A stretch of 63,061 nucleotides of DNA, the filler included, from Globobulimina sp. (taxonomy: Eukaryota): assembly GCA_003354225.1 (NCBI GenBank). It is 21 parts of 21 records of this genome, joined end to end, with 100 filler letters (N's around TTAATTAATTAA, not from the genome) between each part and the next. Parts side by side here need not be neighbours in the genome. Positions count along the whole stretch, not along the records: positions 24,076 to 26,983 come from PIVH01004404.1; positions 27,084 to 29,991 come from PIVH01004405.1; positions 30,092 to 32,999 come from PIVH01004406.1; positions 33,100 to 36,007 come from PIVH01004407.1; 17 more parts are not named here. One strand, 5' to 3'. The translations under genes and the position numbers were made by a program. Below, piece after piece: positions 24,711-36,107 of this stretch (position 1 is the first letter of the stretch; every line of letters begins with the position of its first letter). A model generated the notes under the pieces. That model was not told the DNA's origin. It searched no databases and saw nothing but the letters and a program-made list of their open reading frames with translations.

Positions 24711-26936
24711 TTACATATTGTTATACACGGAAATATTAAGTCTAGGTTTTGCATTATTGCCAACCACAGAAACTAAATATGTTGCATTTAATGATCTTGT
24801 TTCCATTGGAAACACTGAAATAAAATTATCCGTCCAAATTATTGGTGTAATCGTAGTTCCATCATTATCCCGAACCATTTTACTCTGAATCATAAATGCA
24901 ACAACATTTGAAGTTGGATTTGTAATTTGCACATTTGTCTGGTAATATTCTTGTCCGTTATTTGTAATAATATTTGTTGTAACGTCTGTTACCAATTCAA
25001 TATTTTTTAAATTTTGTAACCGTGTAAAATCTGCATACCCTCCGTTTGAAACAGGTGTTTGATACCAATTTGACTTCCCCCAATTCAATGTATCCATTTT
25101 AGAGGATAGCCAATAAATGTTTTCATCCAAAATCATATCCTGATTCATCACTAATAAGTGCACCAAAAATAAATCCAAATTGTGATCCACATTCAACTCA
25201 AATAATTTCTTTGAATCATCATTTCCGATATCATTAATTGCGATGCTCATATTCCTCGAATAGACGATATGTCCACCATTCATAACATCGCGAATATGCG
25301 CAACACATAAAATATTATCAATATTATTATTTTTATTTCTATCAAGCATCTCATTATTCGACATAATCCAAATAGAATTATCATCGTACGAATACATTGC
25401 ATGATACCCATATTTATAATTTAATGCTTTTTTCGATGCAAAATATGCGCCATTCACATTCAAATAGTAATCATACAAATTCCATATAAAACCAGGCCAT
25501 CCATTGCTTAACATCCAATGTATGATACCTGTGGATGATACATATTTATTTCTGCCATATGCTTCAAACATTGCTCTATGCGATTCGTACGATGCTACAC
25601 TTGATTTATACGAGTATTCTTGTGCTGAACTGCTCGAACCATATCTTGCATTCAAAGCTATGAATCAATATTAATTACATATAAAATGTAAAAGTATGTG
25701 CATAACAATTTGAATATTATATACCTGGCGTAAAATACTTCAAACTTCCAAAGTTTCCCGTAGTAGCACCACAATGATAATTCCAAACCGAATCAATTGG
25801 CCACAAATCTGTCTCCGGTATGGTCAAAATCAACGAATCATACGACATTGGACTAGCTCCGGGACCGCCTTCCGTTAAGAATCCAAAAGCTCCACCAAGA
25901 TCAGAATGGGTCGTTGACGTCGATTGTAACCAATAATTTGGCGGCTCCCAAGCGTATGGCCCAGACATTTTAACTCCAGTCGGACCGCTTATGCTTGACG
26001 TCGCCTCCGTTGCTGCTGCAACAACCGGATTACACCATGCTTGGTCGGCAAATACTTTATTATATAATTGCTGTACATCTGTCGGTGGCAATTGATCCGA
26101 TGAGGCAAAGAAGGTGAAAATGGAGGGATGGATACGAAAGTTTTGAATGACAGAAGTAATGCTCGCTTGTGCAACATTGTGCTGTTCAGTCTTCCACGAT
26201 TTCCAATTTTGCCACGCATCACAACACTCAATGCCGGGCATGACTAATATGCCCATTTCATCCGCTAAGTCATACCACCATTTCGGAGGCCATTTCCCTT
26301 CCAAACGAATGGTATTCAGTCCCATATCTAAGACATATTCAAATTGATGCAATGCGTCACTGCGACTATAAATATGCAGCATATCTCCCGTATAACCACC
26401 ACCGAGGATTAATATGTTTTGATGGTTGAATTGGTATTGTAAATATTTATATTTTGTGGATAGAAATGCTGTGCTTTGGCGGATTCCAAACCTTGCGTTG
26501 TGTACAATTTTATCACCAATACTAAACGAAATGTTATACAATTTCTGTAACGTATCACCAAATTGATATGGCCACCATAAATATGCAGTATTTTTTAATA
26601 TCAATGCGGGGAAATCGTGGAAACTAAAAAAAACCTGTTTATTCATTTCGTTGGCTGCGACTGAAATTTGCTTGTTGATGGTTATGGATAATTCGTCGAT
26701 TTTAACAGTTAATGCCAAATCAGTTTGTGTGGAGTCATAGTTATTTACTTCAATCATAATTGTCAGGTTTGCATCTGATGCCTTTGATAAATTACTTATA
26801 TCCGCAACCTTTACTGATGCATTAACCATCGGATATCGCAAGTGAATATTTGGTGAACTTGACGAAGTATTAATTATCTCCAAATAGACCGGTTTCCAAA
26901 TACCCATTGATGAATCTGGTGGAGCTGGGTTCCAAT
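24711..26936 (-). CDS. GH2 exo-1,4-beta-D-glucosaminidase (CsxA-like); intron 25658-25724; 5' exons missing
   Basis: DWNPAPPD..MGIW, GGGY, IRLEGK, ECCDAW, GVKMSGPY.WEPPNYW, GFLTE, YESHRAMFEAY..STG.IHWML..WP..IWNLYDYY. Confidence 0.9.
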
Positions 26937-27565
26937 CTGTATATATATTTAAATGTAATTAGAATGGGAGTCGGATAGAAATGNNNNNNNNNNNNNNNNN
27001 NNNNNNNNNNNNNNNNNNNNNNNNNNNTTAATTAATTAANNNNNNNNNNNNNNNNNNNNNNNNNNNNNNNNNNNNNNNNNNNNTTCCCATTTTTATGGGT
27101 GTTTCTTTTAATTCCATGATATTTCAAATTCCTGTTAGTTATGGTAGATTATATTATTGTATTGTAAAAACTAATTTATTGTTTTTGTCACTTTCCGATT
27201 CTTTTCTTTTCGGGAGTGACGATATTTACATATCGTAAGCATTTTAGTTGTTTCCTAAGTATAGTACTTTAGTCGTTGCCTAATATACATTTATTTGCAT
27301 ACTATGTATTTTACCAGTTCCTAATGTAATGACTTGTTTTTTCTTATCTAACTTGTATCTCATTTTATATTCACTTTGGAATAAAACTGGAACGTGAGTT
27401 GTGGTCTGACTTTCTTTACTATCACTTTGACCAACTCATCGCGGAAGGAAGGGAGTGCAATCGACTCCGTCGATAGCTCCGAGGTTTGAATCCTCATAAA
27501 GAACAACCACAATTAATTCCCTTTCTATATTGTATTGTAAACTATCTTCGTCCAAAGGATACTAT

Positions 27566-27642
27566 CGAGGGTCTGGAGGAAGAGACTATCAAGAAAATAC
27601 TAGATAGTCTCTTCCTCCAGACCCTCGGTATTTTCTTGATAG
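27566..27642. repeat. Interlocked inverted repeats (25-bp hairpin plus a downstream 15-mer complementary to the loop region)
   Basis: 27566-27590 pairs with 27603-27627; 27586-27600 pairs with 27628-27642. Confidence 0.9.
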
Positions 27643-28408
27643 CATCTAAACGTTACTGCTGGTGCAGATTATAGCTTCACTGTGAGTTTAGTTACCACCA
27701 TCCAACCGGCATCTTGCTGAAGCTCATAAATTCGATGCTCATTGGTTAGCAGGCGCCTAGCGGCACCTTTGCGTTGGCACCCAGCCCAAGTGTATATCTG
27801 TCTTGTCTATCTATGTAAGTGTAACTACATACACAGTAATATATTCTCTTCTCTATCTAAGGCGACACATAGATCATAAAAACTCAGTTGCGCCAAAACG
27901 AACATTAGGCCTTTGTGCGTATTCTGTTCTGTTTCTGTTCCATTCCCCGTTACAGCTGCAGTTAAGCTTGGCTTGTTGTTTGTGCCTAATACAGTTCTTA
28001 TTATTTCCTCTTCCATGTTATAACAATTGAATTGAAAGGTTAGTTTAGTTTAGTTCCTACATAGTTTCATTGTTCAAAAGTTCTTTCTAATCTATAAAAG
28101 CTACATACAATTTTGTACAAGTGTAAAAGTAGTATGATCTCTTCTCTAACTATCTTTTGCCATTGTGTTACTGTATGTTCCGTTGTACCTTTGACGGACA
28201 GATTGTTTGTGTTTCATTCATTCTTCTGAAAGTGGCAATTTTTGAAGAGTTCTAAAATTCTTAACTCTATTCTTCTTCTTTTCACCAAATTAAAAGCAAA
28301 AGCAATGACTATCAGCATAGCATACAACAGTACATTATAGTTGTCTCCAGATATTTTTTCCTGTCATAAATTTCAAATTAAATTAATTTAAGCTAAGCTA
28401 GACCCAAT

Positions 28409-28932
28409 TAGAGCCCTTAAAAACGGCAATTGCCGTTTTTGCCGCGGCAAATGCCGAAAATACGAAATTTAACCGAATTTGCCGAAAGGCAAAAAATCGG
28501 TCATTTTAGCGGTTTTTTCCGTTGCAAACGCTGTCCGGTTGGAGATTTTGTTGCTAAAAATCAATATGGCCAAAATCGAACCTGAATTTAAAGAAAAATT
28601 TGGGCAATCTTTTGTTTCCAAATGTGACCATAGATTGAACTCCAAAATTAGCTGCCACAGCTTTGTTGAACTGTTCGTGTCATTTTAGCAAAAAATATTG
28701 ATGAACAAGTCAGTTTTTCAACGTTACAGACACTAAACGTTACTGTATGAGATAGAAATCATAAAAAATCACAGTTTAATGCGTAATTCGCCAGAAATTA
28801 GCGTTTTTAACCGCAAATAAAAATTGCGAAAATGCGAAAATCGTTGCCGGAAATGCCTAGGTTTGCCTGCCGAAAATGGCAAAGCAAATGCCGAAAATGT
28901 CGATTTTGGATTGCCGTTTTTTAAGGGCTCTA
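28409..28932. mobile_element. 524-bp MITE with TAGAGCCCTTAAAAA TIRs and a 12-bp flanking direct repeat
   Basis: tagagcccttaaaaacggcaat ... attgccgttttttaagggctcta; gctagacccaat on both sides; subterminal tgccgaaaat repeats. Confidence 0.9.
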
Positions 28933-29617
28933 GCTAGACCCAATCCTGAAATGATGAACGATGTTGCAAGCACTTCATATGGTCTATCCTTGTTTCAAAG
29001 TTTTCTTTTTCATTTTTTTTATTCTGTGGTGCCATTTAGAATTGAGCGTGGGAGCCGACTTGGCGGCTTGGCTTATCGCTTGGTGCAGGAACCTTGTCGC
29101 ATTGCGCATGGATTCGGTATTTCCAGAAATGAAAAAATTTCTTCCACGCGCAGACGTAAGCTGCGGGTTTCGCACGGAATAACGTTACCGAAGTCTGAAA
29201 AACCGCCAAATTCAAACGTGAGATTAGACAGATACTAGACAAACCATGTTTATTTAAAATTTTGATCGCGTTTTAAACTCGGTAGACTTTCGATCGATAT
29301 CATGTATCAATGTCTATCATTAAAATATCGAATATTATCAATTTGTGCTGTTTCGATATACATATGGAAATCGAATAGAAGTGAAGAAGCATATCGAAAT
29401 CGAAGTTTTGGGTTGTTTTCAATTTGAAATTTTTAGACAAAAATCCTGATATTTTTGGCTAATTTTTCATAAAATTTCACGGAAGGAAGGAAATTGAGAT
29501 TTATAAAGAATGGTAAGATGAGCAAATTCTATTTTCTATCTATTTCAGCAAAATGGCCAGAATCAAGTTGGACAACAAGTTCAAAGTTCAAAGAATCAAC
29601 TGATAGACTCGGATGTT

Positions 29618-29991
29618 ATGAATGCGAAATCCAAGAAAGAAGAGGAACTATCCATAACTGCAATATATCCAGATGTTGTCAATCAACAATGTAATGAATT
29701 GGTAAGGGAATGCGAATCTGAAGTACCCACCAGACTAAATATGGTATTGGATGATAAAGTTCAAGAAAGTGCAGAAAATACATCACAACCACTGGAGTTA
29801 CTACCATTTGGACAAAAGTTCTCTGCAGAAACATCAGAGGAAGACATTGAAAAGCCGAAAGTGCCTCATAGCGTAATTTTAGAGCCAACCATGCTGGGAA
29901 ATCAACAGAATAATAGTGTCACCCATGAAAATGCAGTAACGAATGCTATAGACATTGGACATAGCAGGCATTCAAATGATAATGGAAGGAC
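29618..29991 (+). CDS. Hypothetical acidic protein fragment, 3' truncated
   Basis: Open frame to contig end; no recognised motif. Confidence 0.35.
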
Positions 29992-30091
29992 NNNNNNNNN
30001 NNNNNNNNNNNNNNNNNNNNNNNNNNNNNNNNNNNTTAATTAATTAANNNNNNNNNNNNNNNNNNNNNNNNNNNNNNNNNNNNNNNNNNNN

Positions 30092-31072
30092 TTTATAAAG
30101 AAACTATGGATTCATTGCATTTCTATTTATTTCATTTATTTGATTGGGGACTTATGACCTTAAAAGGCATGGATATGGATATGAATGTTAACAATGGTGT
30201 TGATGACGACTATTATGATAAAGAATTATCACAAATACAAAATAATATGAACACAACAAAGAGAAATACATTACAATTTGACAGATATAATAATAAATCG
30301 CAGAATAAATACAGTATTATTGTAAATGATAAAAAAAATGATTGTCTGTCTGATGCAACATTTATTGAAGGAATACAGAATTACGTACATGAAATTAATA
30401 TGAATATTTTAGTCATTTCCAATTTTACCGATTTAATACAATTACAACAATATGATACGGATGCAATCGTATTTGATATTGATTTTGTAGTTAAAGGGAA
30501 TATAATGCGATGTATTAATAACACACAGAATTTCCATGCAATCCAACAGTTTATCAAAAATATTCAGTGTATGTATTCGTATTCACATATATTTCTGTGT
30601 TGGTTAATAAAAATGTGCAACAAATAGTAGAGGCAACGTCGTTTAACATAGGTTTTATTTTTTATTATTGGCCATATTTCAGTGGTATTGAGGAAATGGA
30701 ATCGTTTGATGAAGAAAATGTAAATGACCATCGTGGCCATGCCATTAAAGACTTATACATAGAAAGGAAATATTCAAATTTCAAGCAGGAAATACTGAGC
30801 TATGAATTTATAAACATTACAGATTACAAAGATATAATTGTCACAAAAGCGCAAAAATATTTAACCACTCACATTGTAAAAAGACTTAAAGCAGACCTGT
30901 TAAATGAAAATGTAACCCATTATGGAATTGCACAAGATTCAAAATTCTCATTCTCAAATATCGTATCACTTATTTTATACACTGATTTTAGTGATCATTC
31001 GGCTGATTTTAGCAGCACTTTCAGGAAAAAGACGCCGTTCGAATCATTGCAATCGATCAAAACAAGGAATAA
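30092..31072 (+). CDS. Continuation of an expanded-family hypothetical protein (intron 30569-30627), truncated near 31072
   Basis: SFNIGFIFYYW, KYSNFKQEIL, ILYTDFS..S..FSSTFRK..E...SIKTRN; overlaps the end of the 32191 ORF. Confidence 0.7.
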
Positions 31073-31550
31073 ATCGATTGCACATTTGTTGAATGAAAGT
31101 TGGAGGGAGTCTTACATCTAATGTCGCCTCAGTACTAATTTCGAGATCTGCCATGGAAGGGAAGTGAATTCGAGGAATCTCTGTGTCACGAAATACTAAC
31201 ATCTCTTCTTCAGTGATAATTCCTTGTTCTTGTGCTTGTTTATATAAATCTTCTGTGTTGGCATTCGGGTGCAATTCAATTGCTTTTGGATTGGTGCCAT
31301 CGTGTTTACGTATAAAGATTTGTATTCCTCCCTTCTCTGCTGTCAATCTGCGCATATTATCTTCGTTTCTTTGCGGACTTGTTCGAGAAATGATGTTTGA
31401 TTGGCTGATCAATAAAAATAAGCCAACTGTGCATGCGAGACCCATTAATAATCGAAATGCATAAGTGCAACTGAGATTTTTATTTTTTTGATGAGCATCT
31501 TTGATTGGTACTACACGTTGAGCTTCTGCGTCGGAATAACTTTGATTCAT
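31073..31550 (-). CDS. Type II membrane protein with a ubiquitin-like domain, probably 3' truncated
   Basis: One TM helix, then IQIFIRKHDG...IEL...TEDLY...LVF...ADLEISTEATLDV beta-grasp pattern. Confidence 0.6.
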
Positions 31551-32190
31551 TGTATTCTTTTGATGGTACGATTATGTATGTTGGATGTTGGTTGTCGGAA
31601 AAAGGCTTGAATTGCAAAAATAGAATGAGTTGAATGTATAAAACCATGTCATAATCAAAGTAGCTGAGTATGGATCTGAATATTCCATGCTTATTAAATA
31701 TTGGTGGTATAGAGAGTTCAATCATCTGAGTTTTAATGTCTGAGAATAGGAAGTCCTTAGATTGAATTGCACAATGACAACAGATCCACAAGAAATCCAT
31801 TCTAAATCTGTGACTTTTGTGACTTTACCATCCTAAAACTATTCCATTCTAAATGTGTTTACCATCCTAAAACTATTACTTCAAATTGGAAGGAATTTGA
31901 TGAAAAGAAATCTATCAAATAAATATCTGAAATTTTGCCTTTATTTTTTGCTATTTTGTACACTTTTGTATGTCTTGAATCCATTTAATTTATTCATAAT
32001 AATTAATACCAATACCGTGATGTATAGATGTTATATGCCAATATTAACGCAATCACAAATACCCAAAATGGTTGTACAATGATCAAGCATCCATTTATGA
32101 ACTAAACTTTTTGAGCTCACTAGGAATGCAGTCATGGCTTAAATATATATTTATACTTTCTTCTTTCTTCAAAAATCTTTTTTTTGCATC

Positions 32191-32999
32191 ATGGCGTCAA
32201 CTCGGTTTGCGTTTAATGTTATAAAGTCAAAGGAGTTTGTGATTGGAGATGAGATTATATTTGACTCAGACCCGGAAGATAGTGATGATGATGAATTACA
32301 TCTCCATAAAGGTGTAATTAAAGTATTTACACCAAAAAATCAAACTATCCAAGTAAAATCAAATGAAAATGGAGATGTATCCACATATTTTATTGATGAA
32401 ATTAGAATTAAATCAATATCACCGTCAAATGAAGCAAAAGAAACGGAATCAACATTAAAATCATGCATGAATTATGATTTCACCATTTTCGAACACGTCG
32501 ATGATTATCATTCGTGTATAATAACTGAAGACAGTAATGATATAATTAAAAATTGTAAATCATTACAACGACTTATTTCTGGTTTAGAATATTATTCCTT
32601 ATTAAATATATCCATTGATAAGTTACATCAAGATATATTTGCAAATTTTGTTGATAATATTTATAATGAATTAATGGATGATTTTAATCATTTGGATGAT
32701 ATTCACAAGCACCAATTACAGCAAATACATCAAATATTAATACAGAATAAAGTATTCTCAACATGTCAAATGAATAAATGTATATTTACCGCCAGACATC
32801 ACAATGCAAACACAAACACAAACGCAAACACATACACATTAGACGCATCATTGCGTTTTTATAAAGAAACTATGGATTCAGTGCATTTCTATTTATTCCA
32901 TTTATTTGATTGCGGACTTATGACGTTAAAAGGCATGGATATGGATATAAATGTTAACAATGGTGTTGATGACGACTATTATGATAAAGAATTATCACA
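32191..32999 (+). CDS. N-terminal part of the same expanded-family protein as 30092-31072
   Basis: CKSLQRL..L.YY, DDFNHL..IH, C....C.FTARH, MDS.HFYLFHLFD.G. Confidence 0.75.
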
Positions 33000-33171
33000 N
33001 NNNNNNNNNNNNNNNNNNNNNNNNNNNNNNNNNNNNNNNNNNNTTAATTAATTAANNNNNNNNNNNNNNNNNNNNNNNNNNNNNNNNNNNNNNNNNNNNA
33101 ATAATTTGAACTTCATGTATATTAACATTCATTTTTTTGTTATATATAATATTCTCTTTTTGTGTGTAGTT

Positions 33172-33301
33172 TAATATTGAAATTTGTTTCTTCCATCTTT
33201 TAACATTTATCAAAGTACGGAAATAGTTACTAATTAGTTACTAAATAGTTACTAAATAGTTAGTGTAACTATTTTTGTAACTATCTAGAACGCCCAGCCT
33301 C
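33172..33301. mobile_element. DNA transposon end (TIR ending cgcccagcctc) followed by the 8-mer aagattaa
   Basis: Reverse complement of 35573-35691 with one extra 11-bp unit; subterminal atagttac repeats. Confidence 0.85.
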
Positions 33302-34674
33302 AAGATTAAACCATCCAATTATCCAATATTTGAAATAAAAGATTTTAATAAAATAATATAATATGGTTTTTTAAATAACTATCAATATAACAACGTATAA
33401 AGTATAGAAATTTAGGACTGATATAGAGAAAAAGAACAAGTAAGTCTGTTTGAATAATTTGCTGTTACGTCTCGGTCTAAACGCTGACCTTTGAGAACAC
33501 TTAAATTTGAGTTTTATAAATTAATTAGAAAAACACTAGGTTCACACTAACAAATAGAAACCACTCAAAGATAAAAAGTAAGGAATAATTAAATAAATAA
33601 GTATATAGAACCCGGGCAGGAATAAAAAAATAAAATAGGGATCTTTTGCATGAAAAATCAAAATAAAACTCCCCCATAAACAATCAAAAAAGTGAAAATT
33701 AATTAAGAATATATATAAAACAATATATTCCAATCAAAAGTATTTATTTTAATCATAGAAACATAGAACAATTAAATTGAATAAAATTCAATAAATTTTA
33801 AAAATTGATAAAAAGTAATATTTTAAACACAAAAAGAAATATTTTAACACCTAAATAATATGGAAATTATACTCTGAATATACACAAAAATTAAAATTGC
33901 TCAGTAAAGCAGGTGCTAAATATGTATGTGGTTTTGGAATACACATAAATAAAAAGAAAAAAGTATACACAAAGTTTTGTATAATTCCAAAATGATAAGC
34001 AATCAATCAAATGATTTTTAATAAAACAATAAAAATGTTTTGATAAATTTGTAAATAAGAAAATAAAGTAAAAAGAAAAAAGTAAAGAAAGGATGCAAAG
34101 TATTAAACTTAACAAAAATATTTCGAAATAACATATTTTATACAGCTTCATCTAATTCACAGTGATTTGTTTTTGTGGTAATAGTGTTTTTTATGGTATT
34201 TTTTGCTTTTTTGTTTAATAATTTTGTTTTCTGTGTTTTGTTGTATCTTTTGGTGTATAATAACATATCTTTTTTATTGTAATTGATTTTGTGTAATTTC
34301 GATTGGTTGTAATCAAAATTCGATGTTTCTTTGTTTTGTAACCAATTAATGTTCCACATAGATTTGAATTTTCTCCCTCGTTCTCTCTCAATCATAATCT
34401 GTTTATTATATTTATTGAATTTATTGTTATAATTCCGTCGATTTAATCCTTTATTATTAAAATCTTTCTTGTCGTTTCCTGAATAAATATGTGTTAACAA
34501 ATCGCCTTGATATTGAATTTCTAATTTATTTAATCTTTGATCTGCTGCTTGGAATTTGATCTGCTGCTTGGAATTTGATCAATGTATATGACACATTCGC
34601 CGTCATTTCATAAATATAATTATGCATTATATTTAAATATCAACCGTCCAGAATATACATTTGACATTATTGTC

Positions 34675-35055
34675 ATGTCCGCCATGTCGTTAGGGGACAA
34701 AGAAGCACTCATTAAAAGATATACCGATGCAAAACACGCAGGTCGTACGTGTCCAGGATGTGAGGGATGTAGGAAACTAAAAACAAAAGCACCAAAGCAA
34801 GAAGTAAAAGAGGAAATAAATGAACAAGAATCAAAAAAGGAATCAACTGTGGCTGATAATAATTCAGTGAGTTTTGCTAATCAAGTTATATTCCGTAGAT
34901 GTGCATATTGTGGACAAAGTAAGAATATGTTACGATGTGGTGGTTGTCGTTCGGTTCATTATTGCAATCAAGACTGTCAACGGAATGATTGGAAGGCACA
35001 TAAATTAGTTTGTAAATTTCAATCAAATAAAACCAAAGAAAAACAATCTATATAA
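34675..35055 (+). CDS. MYND zinc-finger protein
   Basis: CAYC....RCGGCRSVHYCNQDCQRNDWKAHKLVC. Confidence 0.9.
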   Translation: MSAMSLGDKEALIKRYTDAKHAGRTCPGCEGCRKLKTKAPKQEVKEEINEQESKKESTVADNNSVSFANQVIFRRCAYCGQSKNMLRCGGCRSVHYCNQDCQRNDWKAHKLVCKFQSNKTKEKQSI

Positions 35056-35225
35056 ATGTACTGTTTTTGTACTGTTTTTGTGAAGTGTGAGATATGATTA
35101 TTACTTATTATTATTCGTACTGTTTGCAGTCCAATCACTTGTTTTATATTCATATCGCTCTTTCAATTAACGATGATATCAAAACATTGTTGGCGTGTCG
35201 GGTAATAAAACATTGTCATCTTTCC

Positions 35226-35572
35226 ATGGCAACCGATTTAAAATCGTGGTTAGAAAAGACGAATTTAGAGAAATTTTTATCGGCATTACAAGGCAATGGG
35301 TTTTATACTTTAAATGATTTAAAAGAATATTTGGATGACGAAAACTATATTGACAGTTTACTGAATGAAATTAATGTCGAAAAAAAATTTATTAAAAAAA
35401 AATTCAAAAAAGCATTACAAAAATTAATAGGAATTAAAAATAAGATTCCTGCTGTCAATGTTATTACACTTGAACCTGAAGAAAAACTGGAAAATGTTGA
35501 TCATAAAAAAAGATTAATTAATAATTTATCATTGTTATATGGGCGAAGACTAAATAGCAATGGAAAGATTAA
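35226..35572 (+). CDS. SAM-like domain protein interrupted by a transposon
   Basis: LKSWLEKTNLEKFLSALQGNGFYTLNDL...KKKFKKALQKL; frame runs into the TIR at 35573. Confidence 0.6.
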
Positions 35573-35691
35573 GAGGCTGGGCGTTCTAAATAGTTACAAA
35601 AATAGTTACACTAACTATTTAGTAACTAATTAGTAACTATTTCCGTACTTTGATAAATGTTAAAAGATGGAAGAAACAAATTTCAATATTA
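35573..35691. mobile_element. DNA transposon end (TIR starting gaggctgggcg) preceded by the 8-mer aagattaa
   Basis: Inverted copy of 33172-33301. Confidence 0.85.
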
Positions 35692-36107
35692 TATTATGAG
35701 GGGGGGATCTTATATTTCACTGTTTCTCACATATCCATTGGAAAACAATTGCAACCAAATGAATAACAATATATTAATTACTCATTTAGAGATCAACCAC
35801 GAATACCTCTTTTGAAAGTTCAGCACTTTCTCTTTCAACTTATAACGGTGGAAATCCTGAATTGGCCACGGCGCATTGATTATATACATTTTATGATGTA
35901 CATTTTTTATGATGTTTGAAAATTTAGAAACGTTTCTATGTATACAAATCACACGCAAACACTTTATATTCTGAATATTTTTCAGTGCTACAAACACCAC
36001 AAACTGANNNNNNNNNNNNNNNNNNNNNNNNNNNNNNNNNNNNNNNNNNNNTTAATTAATTAANNNNNNNNNNNNNNNNNNNNNNNNNNNNNNNNNNNNN
36101 NNNNNNN

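Noticed and set aside
28876-29242. Short ORFs as a transposase
   Set aside because: They overlap the MITE end and show no DDE features.
35782-36000. CRAL-TRIO gene from HKMYIINAPW
   Set aside because: Only a 10-residue match with non-matching flanks.
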